Shown here: piece by piece, positions 1 to 12,809 of the stretch
Layout: each line of letters starts with the position of its first letter
How positions within the stretch are numbered: position 1 is the first letter of the stretch
Source: Tubiluchus corallicola
Lineage: Eukaryota; Animalia; Priapulida
DNA: 64,000 nucleotides
NCBI GenBank assembly: GCA_030141605.1
Contig: JAQGDQ010000101.1
Coordinates: 253,017-317,016 of the forward strand
Direction: 5' to 3'
The notes under the pieces: model-generated
Told to the model about the DNA's origin: nothing
The model's input: the letters and a program-made list of their open reading frames with translations, nothing else
Database searches by the model: none
Position numbers and translations under genes: made by a program

Positions 1-72
1 CACCCACTTTTAAATCTCGCACAATTTCAATGCGGGAACACGCCGCGCGCTTATTCACATGTTGCTTTTCAG

Positions 73-790
73 AAGGTGTTTATGGTGTGCTGAAACCACT
101 CAACTATTGTAAATTTCTTTTAATACACGTTTCTGTTGGTATACTGATGACAGAACGTAAATAAAAATAGCTCGTGTATACGGGGCGTTCCAAAGAAAAC
201 AGTACTCTAACAAGTACTATAAGCATACCAACGTTAGACCAGACAAGGCCAATATGCCCAATAAGTATGGTCATGCTGAAAGAATTGTTTGTAATTGTAG
301 CATTTTTATTATTTTTAATGACTGTGGTTTTAGATGTTCCTTGATATAATTGCAAATGTAGTTTTAATTGTGTATGTATTTTATGTAATCTGTGAGCTAG
401 CTGCGAAATACAGAATCTAATCTGATCTAATCTAATCTAATCATGCCACAAAATATGGCAGGAAAATTGGATTTTGTATAGAGCTAGGAAATAATAATAA
501 TTTTTATATTATTGTGAAGCTAAATGCAGAAGTGCAAGTTAAGTTTGTCATATTTTTACTGTATTGTTTTTTAATACCCTGTAGACTGACTCATTGATGA
601 AAATAGAAATCGCTGCACGACATGCATCAAAGTAAATTTTCAGTTACTTGTTCATCGTGGTTGATACTCTATTAAAATTAATAGCTATACATTTGCTTTT
701 TTGCAGTTTTATACGATTGCGCAAGAATATAAACGTATCCCGGAATTGGAAAGAGCGAAAAGAGAAGTCGCAGAGCTGAGGAGCTCATAG
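73..790 (+). CDS. 3' part of an unidentified spliced gene; putative exons 73-108, 171-286, 707-790 (…GVYGVLKPLNYSRVYGAFQRKQYSNKYYKHTNVRPDKANMPNKYGHAERIFYTIAQEYKRIPELERAKREVAELRSS*)
   Basis: Three AG/GT-bounded segments join in phase into an open frame ending at TAG 788-790. The last exon has a strong polypyrimidine acceptor (tttttgcag); the acceptor at 170 is weak. Protein family not recognised. Confidence 0.45.
413..442 (+). repeat. (AATCT)n microsatellite, probably a LINE 3' tail
   Basis: About 6 pentamer units directly after an AT-rich 3'-UTR-like stretch. Confidence 0.6.
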
Positions 791-2042
791 ACTCTACTCT
801 ATTGCCAATAGGACATGTTCTCTATTGTTTAGTGATAATTGCGTCCCCGTGTTTTGTTGTAAATTAATAAAATTATGTAGTCGCTTTGTTTGTGATAACT
901 TCTTTGCAACGTGGCCTATCGTTAGATGCTGCCATCATAATTATGCTGCTGTTCATACGTTTTGCCTTTCTGAACGTGACATACTTAGCTGCGTAATTAG
1001 TGAGAACTTAGCTTGATGCAGCCTAGCATCCCATTCAACTTGCCATAAAGGCAAAATTTTCTGTGGATTGATTGCAGACTTGCAGTTTTGCTAAATGAAA
1101 AGAAAGTCCAAGAATTTCAAATCAGTAAAAAAAGTAAAGCAGTTCTCCTACTCTTCTGTCTGTTGTATTGTGAACTTGTCAATTTTTTACAATAATCAGG
1201 CGCCGAAAGTCCTTAATTTAATTAAATTTATTAACACTCAATTAAAATTTACAGTGTATATACATAATTATAATAATACAACACTGTACATTACAATTCA
1301 ATAAAAAATTACTGTAAAAAAAGTAAAATTTTGAGTGTTGGGAGGCACAATGAGAAAAATTGCTTACGTATGCCTTTTATATTTCAGAATTATCAAGATC
1401 AGCTAAACATAACGTTTTACTCATTTAACAAACTTAACATTTGACATTTGTTGCTGTCACAAGCAGTTCGCAGAATTTGGAAGTGAGTTACCCATAAGTG
1501 AACAAATCGGTTTGAAAAAAATTAAAACGTTTTATAAAATTTAGTTCTATGTACAAAAACTTTCGTAGATCAGGTGGAGCCCCAGTAAAAATTTCTCAAA
1601 CCTACTTCTTTATGAATGATTTTATAGCACATACACGATCATTTTGAATTCGTCTTTTTTAATAGCATTAAATTTGAGCTTTTAGTCTGTCAGGGTATGA
1701 GTTATCAACCATAAAACATCTCAAAAGAGTTTACGATATCAATGTCATTCAGCTGATATGGACACCATTATTTGAAATGGTAATGCCAAGACCACGCACA
1801 ACAGCCGCTGATTCAGTTTGGTTATGTGAAATGAGGTGGTTATTACTGGGATTGTCTCTATCAATGTGTACAGCATTACACTTTTAGTAGCTATCTTTAC
1901 CTGGCACGTATTTGCCCATTCAATGTGCTATCTAATATTCGTTGCATATCATACGACCTGTTCTTGTAAAGGACTGACAGAACTTGACATCATCAGCAAA
2001 GATATAGTACCTTTCAGGCAAATCATTGATGAAAACAAAATG

Positions 2043-2120
2043 CAGGGCCTATTTCAGGGGGGGGGAGTGGGGATACTTCCCCAGGGCCTCACCCTCCAGG
2101 GGGCCTCGCGCCGAGGTAAC
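2043..2120. mobile_element. GC-rich end of a probable hAT-type non-autonomous element
   Basis: Abrupt switch to CAGGGCC…G-run/C-run sequence, a style typical of hAT MITE ends. The partner end was not found. Confidence 0.3.
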
Positions 2121-2153
2121 ATTTTTTTGGTTTATGCGAACATACTGCCTCGC

Positions 2154-2156
<3 letters not shown>

Positions 2157-2218
<62 letters not shown>
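2157..2218. repeat. (CT)n microsatellite
   Basis: Seen directly; explains the poly-SL and poly-RE ORFs. Confidence 0.95.
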
Positions 2219-2220
<2 letters not shown>

Positions 2221-5200
2221 CCGCACGCGCGCCGTTTGCCTTGTGCGGCTCGGTGCGATGTTCAGCTGTTTTCAATTTCAGAATTTCTAACACCGGGTGA
2301 TCACCCGATTGCAAGATTGCTACTTGACAAGTATTAAGGACTGGTCTTGAGAATAAAGCAGTTTTTCTTTCAATTGTTCTTTCCTTTAACAACTGTATAA
2401 CTTCATATTTTCTCTTCGAAAATGCTTCTCCGGCGTTCTAGCAGTTCAAAAATTTTGCTTTTCTTTTGAATATTAGATTTACAACTACCAGTTTCCATTC
2501 TGTTGGTAAAACACCATCAACGAAAGACGTTTCACAAGTAATTGAAGAGGTGCAAATTACACATTAGCAAGAGATTTCATCTGAAGTTCGACGTTTGATA
2601 ACGCTGGACCAAAGCAAAATAATTACTAATGTTTAGTATTACTAGCAGATCAAGTATATGGGCGTAATATCAAGGTTTTACATGAAAGATTGTTACCAGA
2701 AGACCAGAATGCTCATCTTCGTTGAAAAAATTCATCGCCACATAAACTTATTGGAAAAGTAAAATTATTTGCAACAAAATTGTTTTCCAGTATTTTGGGA
2801 TCAAATATCTGTATGAAAAAGTATAAAAACTAGAACAGTATTATGCAACCTGAATACTTTAGCGAAAATTTTGCGTAGTCTACTATCCGAATCTGAGTTT
2901 TAGCCACTGAGAAGGATATTCCAATTATATCTATAGGTACAAAAATAGGTATAAAACGACTATTGCATGACCAATTTACAAGACTTATTATGCAAGCACT
3001 AACATTCGATTTTGAACCGCCTAAGTTATGCAGGCTAAACGTTGTGAATATAATAATCAAGAAGGCCTACTAACTATCAACCTTATTGGTAATGAAATTT
3101 TGTTCTGTACAGTAGTAGCTAACAACATCCTACTGTGTTTTGTATAGTGCTTAGGTCGGTATATTATATTCTTATGTTATAGAACAATGCCAAGTTTTAA
3201 ATTTGAAAAACGAAAGCTAACTATACACACTCTTACGCTATACATTAATTTTGGTATGTTTAAGTATATCCTGTAAGAGCATTTACCATGGTGTTTGAGA
3301 GTAGTCATGACCCTGTGGAGCAGCAAGCCAGTTAACGTACCCGACTGGCCATTGTGAGATGGACTCCTGCTGGCTGACTGAAGTTTTGCGATCTCTCTAC
3401 TGGTTTATGTTTACTGTTTGGTAGCCATGGCATAATAATACCTGATCGAAATTTGAATGAAATACTTTATATTCTGTTTCAGTAATTTATTGAAAGCTTT
3501 TTACCATCTACCATTTACCACTATATCATATTTACCATCTCTGCAGCCGTAGTGTTAGTCCTTGGGCTAAAGTTAACATTAGTATTAACAACGAACAAAA
3601 CAGAAAACGACTATGTTGCCTTTGGCAGGAAGATTAACAGCAAACCTAGTCATAGATGTTATAGTATGGTTGTCACAGGCTCCATAGAGTGTAGAGTGCC
3701 ATCGATAGGTAGACTATTAAACTATTTGTATTCTGAGCAGAAACCGTGATTAACACGTGATTTAAAAAAAACAAGCTCTCTGTGCATTAGTGAATCTGCT
3801 CTTGGCTAACTCGAAACCATGGTCCCGTGTGTCGCTAAACATCACCAGTCCAACAAGAAAGATGGGATAGAAATATCAATTCAAATAAATTTTATTTTCT
3901 CAATAGCCGTTAAAATTCGTCATAATTATTTTTACATTTCATTGCAGCTGAGAAGGAGCAGCGAAAGACCTATTGGTCACTTGGTCAGCTGCCCCTTATT
4001 AAAAATACAAGTTTACTTACAGGCTCATGACATTTTTCAGGTGTTTGCATATATATATATACATATATACAAACATACATATATAAACATTATAGTATTA
4101 AAAATAGATTTGGTATTAAATTAAGTATTAAGTAGCAGAAATGTATATTTAATCTAGTCATATTTTCAAAGGGCGGAAAAATGGTAAGCGAGAAATTCTT
4201 AAGAATTGAATACGAGGTTACATTGTGAATAATAATTGTTATCTTTCAGGCTAGATTGGGTACAGTGAAGCCAGGTGTATTAATTCTAGAGTGACATTAT
4301 TCATTTTGCATTACCTGTAGAGTTTGTTTGACATGCTTGGCCGCTCTTGTATTGAGTGGTTAGATAGCTATAGAATAGGAAAAATCCTGTTTTAGTGATA
4401 TAGTAGCTGTGAGTTCAGTAGGCCACTGTTGTAGAACCAGTATGTCTTTTTGTGATTTCTGAAGATTGGCTTGAAATTTGTTATACAGATCCTCAAACGT
4501 TTGTAAGTTTATTTATTTGCTTAATAGTTTCTGTTGGTGTTTATTTGATAATAATTCTTATCATCTCTAGCCATTGCCTAATTATTGATTTTTTGCAACT
4601 GTTTAAAGTGCATGCGTATGCGCGTGTTTTTGCGTAGGCGTGCATGTGTGTGCATGTGCATGCTGATTTGTGAATATGCTAGGAAGTTTGTTGGTTAGCA
4701 AATTTTTGCGTTGGTTTTGTAATGCCATATGTAATGGTTTAATTTTGAATCATCTTCTGCTTCAGTGTGCTTGTTGTTGATTTGTTAACGCTTGTTTCTC
4801 GTTTACTCGCACATTTACTGTTGCTTTATTTTTGTTGATATTCTTTTTTCTTGTTCTATTGCAGTTTCACCTTCTTCTTTTTTACAATGAGTGGAAAATG
4901 AAAATAAAATCTGTAAAACAAATAGCCAGTTTTCTACAATAATAATAGTTATACTATATGCATAAATTTACGGTAAAACAGGTACAGTAATGTAAAGATG
5001 CAATACAAAAAATCAATAAATATATCTGAATATATATAGATAAATTTTAAATTCGAAATAAACATATATCATAGCACCCGTGCAAAACTTCTAAGCTTTA
5101 ATGAAGTCACCTGGCTCGCGCTTATTATGGTCGTCACGGACAAGCAGAGCCTCTCTTCATATAGATCTTACATAGACATAGCTTACCAAAACACCTATTG

Positions 5201-5349
5201 CAAGTACTCCTTAGCAATCACTTTTGACAGTTTTCTTATCTGTAGTAATTGCTGACTGTTGTGGACATGTGATCAAAGCCTCAGTGATTTAGATCACATG
5301 TTTAGAAGTGTGGTCTGAAACTCAATGTGCCCGGTCTAATTCAAGTTTT

Positions 5350-5528
5350 TCTCACAGGATGCCGCCAGGCATCAGCACGAGAAAAAAGCCGAAGTTGTCG
5401 CGCCATTTGCAGTGCTTGCTTGGAGGTTTTGCGTGACTTGAGAAGTTATTTATATTTTATAAACGGTCCGACGATACAGTAGGGCCAAAGGTCATATAAA
5501 CTTGAAAGAATTAAGCTATAGTTTACTC
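5350..5528 (+). promoter_or_regulatory. Putative promoter/5' UTR of the SCAF4/8-like gene
   Basis: Local CpG/GC enrichment and a YY1-like CGCCATTT at 5401, immediately upstream of the coding ATG. Confidence 0.35.
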
Positions 5529-5561
5529 ATGATGGAGATTATAACTACATTTAGTAATGAG
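5529..5561 (+). CDS. SCAF8: SCAF4/SCAF8-like CID protein, exon 1 (MMEIITTFSNE)
   Basis: Resembles the SCAF8 N-terminus MEAVKTFNSE; GT donor at 5562, phase 0. SCAF4 versus SCAF8 orthology cannot be resolved. Confidence 0.8.
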
Positions 5562-6153
5562 GTACATAAAATTATCAATGATTATCGGTGTTATTAGTAG
5601 GCCTCATAAATTCCTAACATTAATCTGTAGATGATAGATTTACCTGATAATGGCTTAGATATTCTTTGGCATGGTCTACTCTATTGATAGGCCTACAGAT
5701 TTTTGCCTTGAAGATGTTAAGTCGTTGCAAAATAGAGGAAGGTACATTCAGTGTCAAAGACAGGTTAGCTCCAGTGGTTTATAAATTCAAATAAATAGAT
5801 AGTTGCTGCTCTAAACATGCTTAGATTTAGATTTATTTATTCATCAATCTTATGCAACTTAGTGATTGCATATATAATTATAGATGTATAAGAACGCTAG
5901 TTTATTTAATAATCCTTGTGGAACTAACATTTGATCGATTTCAATTACAGTTAAAATCATAGACTGTAAAACTGATTCCAGGCGCCAGCTAACCAGCTTA
6001 TTAAAGGCTACGAACTTAAATTACAAACGTTATGCTAATCAAAATTTAAGATTGCTATTTACTTTTATATTGTTTTCATACATTTCCGTGATAATGCTAG
6101 TCACACAGTAAATTAACTCTAAAGTTGATGAGAGGCGATTTAATCATTTTTAG

Positions 6154-6282
6154 CTTGCTGGTTTGTACAAGACAAAGCCACCGATTTCGAAGGCTAAAAT
6201 GGTGTTGATCACAAAGTGTGCAATGAAAGCGGGCAAATTTTTCAAGCACATTGTTCACAATGTGGAAAAGTTCATTGCTAAG
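6154..6282 (+). CDS. SCAF8: SCAF4/8-like exon 2, CID domain (LAGLYKTKPPISKAKMVLITKCAMKAGKFFKHIVHNVEKFIAK)
   Basis: Diagnostic KPPISKAKM…ITK…KF.KH.V..VEKFI motif of the SCAF4/8 CID; AG/GT bounded, 43 codons. Confidence 0.93.
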
Positions 6283-6483
6283 GTACGTTATTAATGCTGC
6301 TTGGTATATTTACAGTATTATTTTTATATGCATTGTGTTATTTTTGTATTAACTGTTGTATTTCCTTTACAAATATCTTTACAGTTAAATAACAATCATT
6401 ATTTCTTAACGAAAGCAGAATTACTGAGTTAAAAATTTGGATGGTGAAAATTGCGCTAGTTTCAGTAGTTTGTCATCAGTGAT

Positions 6484-8016
6484 GGGTGAAAGCACAGTGA
6501 ATGCCTCCAAATTTGGCCCTCTTGAGGACAAAAGAATTTCACTTAGGTGTTTGTATAATATAGCAAATGAAAGCTCTTGTTCTGTGTATCATAAAACTAT
6601 TTGGTTTATAAATTAGATGAAAGGTTACAAAGTTATGGCAATTTTAAGAAAACATATTTCTTAATTGCATAAGGAAGACAATCAGCATTTCATGTTAAAA
6701 TGCTTTTCTAACAGCTTTATTAACATAGTTTACTTTTCAAGCATCAATTAGTAGGTTGCTAGCTACAGAAGTGGTTCAGTGACATGGAAATACAAATTAT
6801 GTGAAATACATATTTTAAACATACTCTGTGACATATTTTAAACATACTCTGTGACATTAACTAGGAGAATTTTTGTCGTAATGCATAATTTGTAACGTTT
6901 TTTAATATTTTTAAGTAAAAATAAATCAAATTGTTGTTGTCAAACCTCTATATTCATTTTCTAAATTAAACTAACACATTTTTCCTAAAAAAGCTTAGTT
7001 TTTGATAAATTTAAGCTACAAGTATAGATCAGCTAATATGTCAGAGTTTGTAGATATTCTATGTTTTATTAATAAATTTAGCCCTTCAAGCCATTTCTTT
7101 TAACATATGTAACAAAGAAACCAGCCTACTGACATCAATTCGTAATGGTTTTTGATATTTTTAAGTAAAAATAAACCAAATTATTGTTGTTATCAAACCT
7201 CTATTTCTTTTTCTAAATTAAACTAACACAGTTTTACTAAAAAAGCTTAGTTTTTAATAAAATTAAACTGCAAGTATAGATCAGCTAGTATGTCAGAGTT
7301 TGTAGATATACTACGTTTTATTAATAAATTTAGCCCTTCGAGCCATTTTTTTGACATATGTAACAAAGAAACCAGCCTACTGACATCATTTCTGTTTATC
7401 TAACTAACAAATGCTCATACATATGCTCCAATGTTTCTCATAACATACGAGGAATTCTATGTTTTCACAAAGCAGATACTTTGAACATCATCCAGAAGGC
7501 AGTTTGCACATTTGTGTTGACCTAATGGATAGACATGGTCATTTAAGTCTGTACTACTGTGTATTATTGCAAACTATATGTAATTTCTGCTTTCTGCATA
7601 ATATAAAGACATTAACATCAGGAAAAAGCAGTAATTAAATTTCAATTGTTTTTATTTTTCGTATAAGCCACTAAAATGATCTAAAAACAGTTGTTGACGT
7701 ATGGACAGACATATGAATGCATACCTCGAAAATGTCATTTTGGCAAAACTGTATTAATTATCAAATAAATTATGCGTAAACGAAAGAGGGCCACAGGCAA
7801 CTTGCAAAAACAGGTAAATGGTACTGTATTCAAAGTGCCACTAAACTTTTACTTATAATGGCAGACAGCTGAAACTTTTCGAAATTATGCAGCATGATTA
7901 GCACATCACATTAAATTAATCGATTGGAATTGTTTTCTAAATAAAATGAAACACTGAGGTCTTAAATTTATTTTTGTCGTTAAAAATGCAATGGAGGCAT
8001 CACTGTGCTTTTACCC
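6484..8016. mobile_element. Non-autonomous DNA transposon with ~28-bp TIRs GGGTRAAAGCACAGTGA(A)TGCCTCCA, in SCAF intron 2
   Basis: Inverted repeat 6484-6509 versus 7992-8016; no ORF; flanks TGAT/TGCT could be a decayed 4-bp TSD. Confidence 0.75.
6891..7391. repeat. Two tandem copies of a ~250-bp unit inside the TIR element
   Basis: 6891-7140 and 7141-7391 align along their whole length. Confidence 0.9.
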
Positions 8017-8071
8017 TGCTTCATTATTAGCTAGTTACATATCATTAAAAATCTGCGTGTCATATTTTTAG

Positions 8072-8233
8072 TGTCCACCACATTACAAGGTTCCTGGACT
8101 GTACGTGATTGATTCTATTATCAAGCAGTCACGACATCAGTTTGGAGTGGAGAAAGATCTTTATGGTGCGAGATTTGCCAAGAATTTTGAGGCAACGTTT
8201 ACCCACATTTTACAGTGTCCTGAAACTGATAAG
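8072..8233 (+). CDS. SCAF8: SCAF4/8-like exon 3, CID domain (CPPHYKVPGLYVIDSIIKQSRHQFGVEKDLYGARFAKNFEATFTHILQCPETDK)
   Basis: YKVPGLYVIDSI..QSRHQFG.EKD is the conserved SCAF4/8 CID core; phase 0/0. Confidence 0.95.
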
Positions 8234-8482
8234 GTAATTTTGACTTGTGATCTCAGGTAAAAAATTACTGTACAAGTTCCTCTAAGCTTTCTTGAAGCTA
8301 CAACTGTCATTTTGAATTCTCACTAAAAATGTAGTTTACATTTCTGATATCAATTCTTTGAGTGCATGAAAGCACTACTAAATTAGAACGACTGGAAAAT
8401 TTTGCAGCTCCACTGCAACTTCAACCCAAGGCTTTCTGTGATCGCCAGCCAAGAATTTTAGAAAAATTTTCTTTACTTTCAG

Positions 8483-8579
8483 GCAAAGGTCAAGAAGGTT
8501 TTAAATATTTGGCTCAAACATGGTGTGTTCAGTTCAGATGTGATTCAGCCTCTGTTACGTCTGGTTGACAAAGGTGAAC
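8483..8579 (+). CDS. SCAF8: SCAF4/8-like exon 4, end of CID (AKVKKVLNIWLKHGVFSSDVIQPLLRLVDKGE)
   Basis: Matches VLNLWQKN.VF..E.IQPLL; GTAAGT donor at 8580. An alternative donor at 8574 is in the same phase. Confidence 0.9.
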
Positions 8580-9577
8580 GTAAGTGTAGTTAGCTTGCAG
8601 CTAGCAAAAACACTAACATTTGCATAGCTTAATGCATAGTTGATAGTACTTAACATGGAGTAGGATATAGTTTCCCTATTGCTTAATACCTATTGCGTTG
8701 TGACATGTTTGTTCTTGCTACTCATTGTATTTCATGTAATTGTGTTTACTGGATGTCAAAGTGATGGGTGATTCTGAAATTTTGTAATTTGATTTTAATC
8801 TTGTTCTTGTAACTTGATAACATGATTAATCTTTTGTGGCGATTTTTTTAGTGTTTCAGACGTATTTTCAATGATTTCAGTGAAATATAGTCGATAAACT
8901 TTTTTTGCCGCTGTCTGTCATTTTTGTACTTGAAAACTGTTTTTATTGACACGCATATTCGTTAACTACTTTGTGACTACGTCACTACACATGTCCATGT
9001 GCCAACGAATAATTTGAAGCCCCCAGTTTGCAACACTGTGATTTGCAATGGTGCACATTGTGTAAGGTAACAAAAAAGAAGAGAAAATGCAATTATTCTG
9101 TTTATTTGTGCTAAAACATTGCCTTTTAGTGTGTAACACGTATATTTTGCCCCTCGATTAATTGAATTACTGTTCAATCGCCGATTATATTGATTTATTT
9201 GCTGTTGTAATTGGGATTAATTCGATCAATCTATTAATCGCCCATCAGTGCTAGATGAGGTTTTTCGCTAAATGGAAAATTTACACAGCAATCCGCCTGA
9301 AAAATTTGCTTCTGGTTTACATACCACTGAAAGAATGTTGCTGTTTTAGAATGTGATTAATAACTCTCAACAAATTAAATGAATTGATGTTAGATGCAAT
9401 TTTTTTCTAGGCCTATTATATACTTACAACCTTTTAAGAAAAAGAAAAGGTCACTCATGCTCATTTTGTTCAATTTTACGCTTTCAGTTTTGTAGTTTTG
9501 CCCTGAAGTTATATTGATGTTGATTTTAATTTGTGTATGCACATGTTTGATTTGCTAAATAGTCTGTTCTATTTCAG

Positions 9578-9618
9578 CACCGCCACCACCTCCAAAACCA
9601 GGTGCTAGTCAAGAAGAG
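9578..9618 (+). CDS. SCAF8: SCAF4/8-like exon 5, proline-rich (PPPPPPKPGASQEE)
   Basis: tttcag acceptor, GT donor, phase 1/0 compatible with both neighbours. Confidence 0.75.
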
Positions 9619-9714
9619 GTAGGATCTTGGACATATTTTTATACATTATCACATTTTATTTATTATAATTATGAACCTTAATAATTCAAAGAAAAATAGT
9701 TTATAATTTTAATA

Positions 9715-9850
9715 CAGTAAGTCCTTGCTTAAGGACATGCCTCATTTAGTGACGTTTCATTTTAATGACGCTGAACATATAACACCTTTTTGTCACTTTT
9801 AACAACGTATATTTTGTTTTGACGACTTTAACGAAACTGCTCAATGTAGT
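9715..9850 (+). mobile_element. pogo/Tigger-like (Tc1-mariner) element end
   Basis: TA followed by CAGTAAGTCCTTGCTTAAG, then repeated ttta(a/g)tgacg subterminal motifs. The other end was not found. Confidence 0.4.
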
Positions 9851-10324
9851 TTTTTATTTTATCAAGAACTTTTTGCTTTGAAACATTAAAATGTTACTTT
9901 CTACATTATTCTGTTCTACAAATGCTCAAGTAATGTAAAATAGTACAATTACTTGTGTTTTTGCTTTCCCTCTTACTGTTAAAATTTAGTGCTAGCTGTT
10001 CGTATCAAGTGAAACCAATTTGTAAATTTATATGCCTCCAGGCACCTAGGTTACAAAGTAACCTTCTCTGCTTACAAAGTACGTCCAATGATCCCTAGTG
10101 TTAATGCCTCTCTGTGATCATCCAAAATTCATCCCACTGCATTTGCAATATTAGATCACTCACCTTAATTAGATTAGTTTTTATTTAGATATTTAATTGT
10201 TGGTCATGCCATCATTTCAATGTAAATGTTATGATCTAAATCTTTTGACTATTGCTGTTGTTATCAACTTCGTGAGCATTGCATTTGCTAGGACGTTGGC
10301 ATATGTTATTGCATTTATTTGTAG

Positions 10325-10444
10325 GATCCACAGTTGTTATTGCAATCAATTCAGGAACAGTTGGCTGGTCAACCTCCCGGTGCTCCTATTGATAATGCTT
10401 TAATGATACAAATACAGACATTGACTGAAAAATTAATACAACAG
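10325..10444 (+). CDS. SCAF8: SCAF4/8-like exon 6 (DPQLLLQSIQEQLAGQPPGAPIDNALMIQIQTLTEKLIQQ)
   Basis: 40 open codons, phase 0/0; resembles the Q-rich helical segment downstream of the CID in SCAF4/8. Confidence 0.8.
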
Positions 10445-10682
10445 GTTTGTTTGTTTACTTTGTCAGCATTTTAGAGGACATTATATTATTTGATGAATGC
10501 AGTTAATTTAATTACTTTGTTTTCCAAAATATTGTTTTATCATAATTGGTTCATATGGTTATTTTATTTTTTATTTTTTGTTCAGACTTAATTGTTTATA
10601 TAATCAATATTACTGAAGCATGAGATAAATGTTTTTGCTTTATTTTTTTTTAGGATTCATCATCATTGCATTAGTAAATGTG

Positions 10683-11252
10683 CAACAGGCGCAGTAATTC
10701 ACATTGCGATACGGGAACAGTAATTCAAATTGCGATACGGGTGCAGTATTTTACATTGTGACACAGGCACAGCATTGTGACACGGGCGCAGTAATTCACA
10801 TTGTGATATGGGCACAGTATTTCACATTGTGACATGGGCTCAGTAATTCACATTGTGATACGGGCGCAGTAATTCACGGTGTGACACGGGCGCAGTAATT
10901 GATGTGATATGGGAGTAGTAATTCACATTGTGATACGGGCGCAATAATTCACATTGTGATACAGACGCAGTAATTCACAGTGTGACACGGGCTCAGTAAT
11001 TGATGTGACACGGGCGCAGTAATTGACATGATATGAGACTTGTAATTCACGTTGTGAATAGGGGCGAGTAACTTTCATTGTGATGCGGGAGCAATAATTC
11101 GCATTGTGATGATATAGGCGCACTAATTCACACTGTGATAGGGGCACAGTAATTCTCATTGTGAAACGGGAGCAGTAAATCACATTGTGATATGAGCGCA
11201 GTAATTCTCATTGTGAAACGGGAACAGTAACTCATATTGTGATTTGGGTGCG
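10683..11252. repeat. ~26-bp minisatellite (CAGTAATTCACATTGTGATACGGGCG), about 20 degenerate copies
   Basis: Tandem units with an internal TCACA-t-TGTGA palindrome; accounts for the repetitive minus-strand ORFs. Confidence 0.9.
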
Positions 11253-12786
11253 CATTTGTTTTACTGTCATTCTTGACTTCATGTATTACATGTCTTATTA
11301 CTTTTGTAATGGACAAGGGTGCATGGGATTCTCAAGATAGATAAAGAATGATCAGCAACAACTCTTTCATTTTCCATGATGGAGTTGTTGCTTTGGTCAT
11401 GCAAAATTGCAAATAATCGCAAAAATTCTTCTGCATAATATGCACTAGAGCACATATCAACACACTAGAGCTCAAAGCCATATCAACGAATGTGCACAAT
11501 ACTGCACATTATTATAAAACGTGTGATCAACATGCAGTGTGCATTGTACGACGCATATTCAACAAAACTGCCTTGTAGGCAATTTGAATATAGCCAGGTA
11601 AGCTTTGTCCCAAGATTTTGTGCCGCATTGGCTCTACCAACTCTACATCTCCCTGTTGCTTAGTGCCTGATACTTGGCAATAGTTTTTATTTGCCAGATA
11701 AGTGCCAGATAAATAGGCATTGGCATTAAACATGCCTGCTTTCATTACAATTGCCAACTGCCAAATGGGCAAACTAAACTATGTCCATACATTATCGCCA
11801 TTACCAAATAAACGCTGTGCCAAATAGATGGCACTGATTATCCCCAGTGATCAAATGCCATATAGGCACTCCATATTCCTAATATCCTATTGCCAAATGG
11901 CACTACTTTAAACAACCTATGGTCATTCAGACTTCGTGCCGTACAGGCACCTCTCTATGTCCGAATGCCAAACAGACATTTTTGAAGACTCTGTTGTGTC
12001 AAAAGTTTCTGTTTCCTGGCCAAAAAGTCCAGTGCCAAATGTGCACTTCCGGCTTCTTCATTATGTCAAATAAGCATTATTGCATTTATGCTTACTTGGT
12101 AAGTATTTTGCACACAACCCTGGAAAAAATGCCTTGTAGTTTTCACACTAGTTGTGTTGATTTATAGCCATCCGGGAGTCTTGTATTGCACGTTTTATTA
12201 TGTGCTTTATTTAATGGTGGCTTCTAGATATTTTGCCATACTTCATAGTTGAATCTTGTGCTCAGTGCTCAGTGGATAACAAAAGACAATTTTTGCGAAT
12301 ATTTATTTTTGCGGACCTGCCGTTCTAAAACTATTTTTTGCTAAATTAATTTTTTTGCTTCTGTGTTTAATATCAGTGATGTAATTACTTCTTTTATTTT
12401 TAATTTACATTCTGCAATTATTTTGAATTAAGCAAACTGCATTCTTTATTTGTAAGTAAATTTGAATTTAGTAAATGTTGCAGTTATGAAGTTTAGCTAA
12501 AATTTAAATTTTTATTAATTTAATCGTCATGGGCAACAGTGTTCGTCTTCGTAGTTTAAACTGTTTTAATTTCCTAGACCAAATCAATTGTTTAAGTTAT
12601 GCAAAAGTTTGAAGTCTTTCTAAGCTATGTTTTCACATCAGATTTTAGTACGAATTATTTTATTTTATTAATATTTTTTGCCTTTTTTGTAATACTTCGT
12701 AATTTTTATAAATGAAAGTTAAGAGACTAATTAAATTGTACTTTATTTCATATTTGTAAGAAGTTTTTTTTTCATTTTTTTTTCAG

Positions 12787-12809
12787 ACTTTGGATCAAAG
12801 TAGTGGAAG
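12787..12809 (+). CDS. SCAF8: SCAF4/8-like 23-nt micro-exon 7 (TLDQSSG+)
   Basis: Long poly-T acceptor and GTAAGA donor; phase 0/2 is required to join exon 6 to exon 8. Confidence 0.7.
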
